A stretch of DNA of 64,000 nt from Rebecca billardiae RCC1528 (taxonomy: Eukaryota; Protista; Haptophyta), in the NCBI GenBank assembly GCA_965240325.2, contig OZ251242.1, positions 496,001 to 560,000 of the forward strand. Reading direction: 5' to 3'. Below are positions 59,594 to 64,000 of this stretch, one piece after another. A model generated the notes under the pieces. The model was not told the origin of the DNA. It did no database searches and was given only the letters and a program-made list of their open reading frames with translations. The translations under genes were made by a program, and so were the position numbers. The first letter of the stretch is position 1, and the number at the start of each line of letters is the position of its first letter.

Positions 59594-59633
<40 letters not shown>

Positions 59634-61735
59634 GTCGGCCGGCGGCGCGCAGCAGCAGCGCGCCGCCGGTCGCGCGCTCGGCCGAGGCGAGGAGGCGCTG
59701 CAGCGGCGAGGGGGGCGGCGTGTTGCCCAGCAGCGGCGTGCCCGCCGCCGACAGCGCCGACCAGCCGCCGCTCCCGCCGCCGCCGCCGAGCCACAGCCTG
59801 GCGAAGCCGCCGCTCGAGCCCGCGGCGGCGGCGCGCGCGGCCGCAGCGCGCACCGCCGCGCCCGAAGATGCGTCGGGCTCGGCCGCGTGCGCGGCGGCGC
59901 GCTCGGGCTCGACGCCCGCGGCGGCGAGCGTGCCGGCGAGCAGCAGCGGCTGCCCCAGCACGTGCCGCCGCGTGTCCACCGCGCGCGGCTCGCGCAGCAC
60001 GAACCGCAGCCGCGACGCGGGCAGCGGCGCGGGCGGCGCGCCGCGCGCGCCCGCGCCCCTGAGCACCGGACCGAACTGCCCGGACCAGAGCGCGAGGAGG
60101 GCGGAGCAGTCGACGTCGGCGAGCACGGCGGCGACGACGTCGCGCACCGCGCCGTGCGCGAAGCGCAGCTCGCCCCCCGGCCGCGCGCCCGTCCGGTCGA
60201 GCAGCCCGGACAGCGCGCCCTCGAGCGCCGCCCACTCGGCGGTCGGGAAGCGGACGGTTCCGGGAAAGTACCGGCGCGCGTTGAAGAGCGTCGCGAGCGT
60301 GGCGTCGTCGAGCGAGAGGGCGTCGAGCAGCTCGGAGGGCGCGAGCGGCCGCGCGCTCGCCACGCAGAAGCCGAGCACGCGCGCCAGCACCATCCGCCCG
60401 TGCGCCTTCTCGAGCGCGCCGAGCGCGTACCGCGTGCCCTCGGCCGCGGACGCGGGCGCGCGCAGCACCGTGTTGCCCGACGTCCAGCGGGCCGCGTGCC
60501 GCGCGGCGAGGGAGGCGTGGAGGGCGGTGGGCTGCGGGCCGAGCGCGGCGTACAGCGCGGCGGACTGCTCCGCCGTGAGCCGCCGCCCCGCCGCGCCCAT
60601 CCGCGCCTCCACCACGCCGCGGATCTCGCCCTCCGAGCCGAGCGCACCGACGCTCAGCAGCGCCGCGCCGCGCGCGCGCAGAGAGCTCTCCACGCCCGGA
60701 CCGCCGCCCGGCGCGCTGTCGGCGAGGCAGGAGACGATGACGCGCACGCCGCGGCCGAGCGTGGCGGGGAGCCACGCCGCGAGGCCCGACGCCTCCTCCG
60801 CGCCGCCGTCGTCCGCCGCGCTGAACCCGTCCAGCAGCAGCGCGACGCGCGCGCCGCCGAGCGGCGCGCGCGGCGCGCCGCCGCGCGCCGCGCGCTCGCG
60901 CCGCTCCGCAGGCGGCGGCCCGCCGAGCAGCTGGCGCAGCGCGCGCACGTACTCGTCGTGCCGCGCGGCGGGGAGCGCGGCGGCGGCGGCGCCCCCGCCG
61001 CCGCGCCCGCCGCCGTCCGAGAGCGCGGCGAGCGCGGGCGGCAGCGCCTCGCCCGCGCGCAGCAGCAGCGCGCGCCACTCGGCCAGCACGGACGTCAGCA
61101 CGCCGGAGGCGCGGTCGGAGAGGCGCGAGCTGCGCACGTGGCGCGAGATGACAATCTGGCCGTCGGCGGCGAGCTGGCGCGCGGCGGCGGCCATCAGCGT
61201 CGACTTGCCCGTCCCCTCCTCCCCCGAGACGCACAGCACCGCCGCGTCCGAGCGCACCACCCGCTCGAGCAGCGCGGCGCGCGCGGCGCTGTGCGCGGCC
61301 GCGAGCGCGCGGCCGCGCGCCATCTGGTGCGCCAGCTCGGCGCAGTGCTCGGCGGGGAGCAGGTAGCGCGCCGCGGCGGTCTCCTCCCACACGGAGGCGC
61401 GGAGGGCGACGGTGTCGACCTGCGCCTCGAGCAGCGCGCTCGCGTCCCGCGCCAGCAGCCGCAGGTGCGCCGCCTCGCGCCCAAACCCCAGCCGCGCACT
61501 GTACTCCTTCAGAGCCGCGCATCGAGGCCCGAGCGCGCGCGCGGCACGTTCAAATTCGCCGCCGCGCCCGAGGTAGGTTTGCTTGGCGCTCAGCGCCTCG
61601 GCGTCGGGCTCGGCGTCGGCGCCCTCGTCGAGGAAGTGGCGACGCGTGCCCGCGTGCTGCGTCCCCGACGGCTGGCGCATCGCGCGCACCGGCGGCGGCG
61701 CGCTGCACACAAACCAAGCCGCGCCGCCGGGCAGC

Positions 61736-61790
<55 letters not shown>

Positions 61791-62140
61791 GCTCGCGCGG
61801 CTCGGCGACGGCGCGCGGCGTGACGGCGTCGGCCGCGCCGCCGGCGGCGCCGAGCACCTCCTCGTCCTCCCCGTCCGCCGCGCCGTCTGTCGACTCGTCG
61901 TCGTCCCCGCCCGCCGCGCCCTCCTCCTCCTCCTCCGCGCCGCCCTCGCCCAGCCCCGCGTCCGCGCCGCCCGCCTCGCCCCCAAAGAGCGATGCGGCGG
62001 CCGCCGCGTCGGCAGCGGACACCTTGTGCCCGACGGGGAGGGCGGGCTTGACGTGCACGCCGTCCGTGCCGAGCTCGAAGCGCCGGCGGAACCACGCGAG
62101 CCGCGCGAGCCCCGGCGTGGGCAGCGAGCCGTCCACCGCA

Positions 62141-62177
<37 letters not shown>

Positions 62178-63132
62178 GCTGCGCCGCGTTGGCGCGCGCG
62201 AGCTCGTCGGCGGCGAGGGCGAGGGCGAGCTCGGTCTCGGCCTCGACGGGCGAGGCGAAGAGGCGCTCCCGCCGCACGTGCTCCGGCCACACGCCGTGCG
62301 CCGTGAGCGCCTGCAGCGCCAGCCGCAGCCGCTCCGCCCGCCGCGTGCGCGCGCGCGCGCCTCGCTCGCCCGGCAGCCGCAGCCGGCGCACGTACACGGG
62401 CCCGGGGCGCGCGCAGTTCATGTCGCGCTCGTACGCCTCGTGGAAGAGGCGCGCGGTCTCGGTGTCCATCCGCGGGAGCAGCGGCGCCACGTCCGGCTCG
62501 GGCAGCACGCGCGGCAGCGCGCGCGGCCCGTACCGCTCCGCCCAGAGCGAGAGGAAGAAAAGTCCGGATGAGTCGTGGAAGCAGCGCCGCAGCGCGTCGA
62601 GCGCGGCGGCCTCGGCGCGGCCGTCGGCGGAGGGCGCGTCGCGCGCGCCCCAGCGCGACTCGTACAGCTCGAACGCCACGCGCGCCTGCCGCGCGCGCTC
62701 GCGCACGCGCGGCACCACGCTGCCGCTCAGCACGTCGCGCTCGAGCGCTGTGTCCTCGAGCGTGCCGCTCACAAACACGCGCAGCGCGCGCCGCGCGCCC
62801 GGCGGCGGGGGCGGGGCGGCGGGGGCGAGCGCGCCGCCGCCGAGCGCGGCGACGAACGCGTCCACGCTGCCCACCGCGTCGAGCAGCGCGGCGCGCGCGC
62901 GCATGAACTCGGGCCTCGAGAGCGCGCCGTCGCGGTCCGTGTCCGCCTCGGCAAACCACACGCGCACGTCGGCGCGCGCGAGCCCGCGGTGCGCGAGGAG
63001 GCGCGCGAAGCCGTCGAGGCCGACGACGCCGGCGGGCGTCGAGAAGCGCGCAAAGTCGGCCTCCGCCTCCGCCGCCAGCCGGCGCTGCTGCTGCGCCTCG
63101 TCCTCGGGCGTGCAGCCGGCCGCGCCCAGCAT
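55972..63132 (-). CDS. EF-hand + DUF4062-like + NACHT-type NTPase + WD40 repeats (NWD/TEP1-like STAND protein)
   Basis: DTDRDGALSRPE EF loop; RVFVSGTLEDTALERDVL; Walker A GEEGTGKST; Walker B LLLDG; many GH..WD repeats. Confidence 0.85.
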
Positions 63133-63764
63133 GATGCCCGGCCGCGACGGCGGCTGCTGCTCAAAGCTGCTGCCCAATCGGTGCGCACCAAACCCGCTGG
63201 GCCGATAGGCGAGTGAAACGGCCGCCGAGCGAACCTGTCCAGCTAGCGCGCCGGTTTTCTGCCTGTCGTTCTGACGATGCCCGAAATAAGGCGACTACAC
63301 TGACAAACAGTCCGTGGTCCGGCCCGACGGGTGACGCCAACCTCTCAGCTCTGCCTGCGCCGCCGCGCGACCCCACCTGCAGTCTCTATCCATCTATATC
63401 ATATGATAGATCATCTGTCACACTACAGTCTGCCAAGCGCCGCCGCCGCGCCGCGGATCGCCCTCGGCGCCGACAACACGTCGGCGTCATCGTCGGTCGA
63501 CCGCGCCTCCCGGACTGTCCGGCGCCACCGTGCCCCTGTCGTCCGGTCTCCCGCTGGCTCGCGGTGCGGCGCCTTCGAGTGCGCGCGCGCAGTGCACGGC
63601 GCCCCCGCCCGCAGCCAGCGCCCAGCACGCAGCAGCCGGCAGGCAGGCGTCCTTGCCGCCGCGGCCGCGGCCGCGTCGCGCGGGCGGACGTGCGGCCGTG
63701 CGTGTTGGTGTGTTCTCACTGTTCTGCCTCTGCTGGGGAGCGGCGCTGCTCGGGCGGCGGCGCA

Positions 63765-64000
63765 CTACTGCACGGCCACGGCGCTGCCGCCGCCGCCCGC
63801 CGCCGCGCGCGCCTCGCGCGCCTCGCGCGCCTCGGCGGCGGCGAGCGCGGCCGCGAGCGGCTGGCACTCGACCTTGTGCCCTGCGCGCCAGTGCGCCTTC
63901 TGACACTCGCGGCCGCAGTAGAGCGCGGCGTGGCAGCCGACGCACCGCAGCAGCGCGAGCCCGAGCCCCGCGTGCGGCGTGGGGCAGAGGGCGTTCCAGC
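63765..64000 (-). CDS. 3' end of a MYND zinc-finger protein (continues beyond the window)
   Basis: ..CVGCHAALYCGRECQKAHWRAGHKVEC.., stop at 63765-63767. Confidence 0.8.
   Translation of the reverse strand, partial: WNALCPTPHAGLGLALLRCVGCHAALYCGRECQKAHWRAGHKVECQPLAAALAAAEAREAREARAAAGGGGSAVAVQ

Overview
Extremely GC-rich, intron-containing eukaryotic DNA. The style (GT-AG introns filled with microsatellites including CCCTAA, poly-Gly/Ala low-complexity proteins) suggests a haptophyte-like alga, but that is inference. Host genes: NPRL3-like (5'-truncated), HEATR5/SWEETIE-like, an LRR receptor-like gene, a LIM plus nucleotide-sugar-transporter-like ORF, a secreted Cys-rich protein, Sel1-MYND, kinesin-14, a VOC/glyoxalase, a methyltransferase-like protein, a frameshifted RCC1-repeat gene, an HSL-family alpha/beta hydrolase, an EF-hand/NACHT/WD40 STAND protein and a partial MYND gene. 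Two transposon clusters (about 13.6-25.4 kb and 37.5-44.7 kb) are strung together on (TA)n tracts. They include a young Ty1/copia element with apparently identical 722-bp LTRs, a related solo LTR, a non-coding split-direct-repeat element and three TIR elements. The main finding is the LRR gene at 25756-29169 (-). It has 11 tandem phase-2/phase-2 cassette exons, each encoding one LRR, whose predicted ligand-facing residues are hypervariable while the scaffold codons and the introns are conserved. This is a candidate exon-shuffling or alternative-splicing receptor-diversification system. Also notable is a canonical -1 slippery heptamer between protease and integrase of the copia element, whose integrase lacks the HHCC motif. 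All calls are by eye; no database searches or alignments were run.
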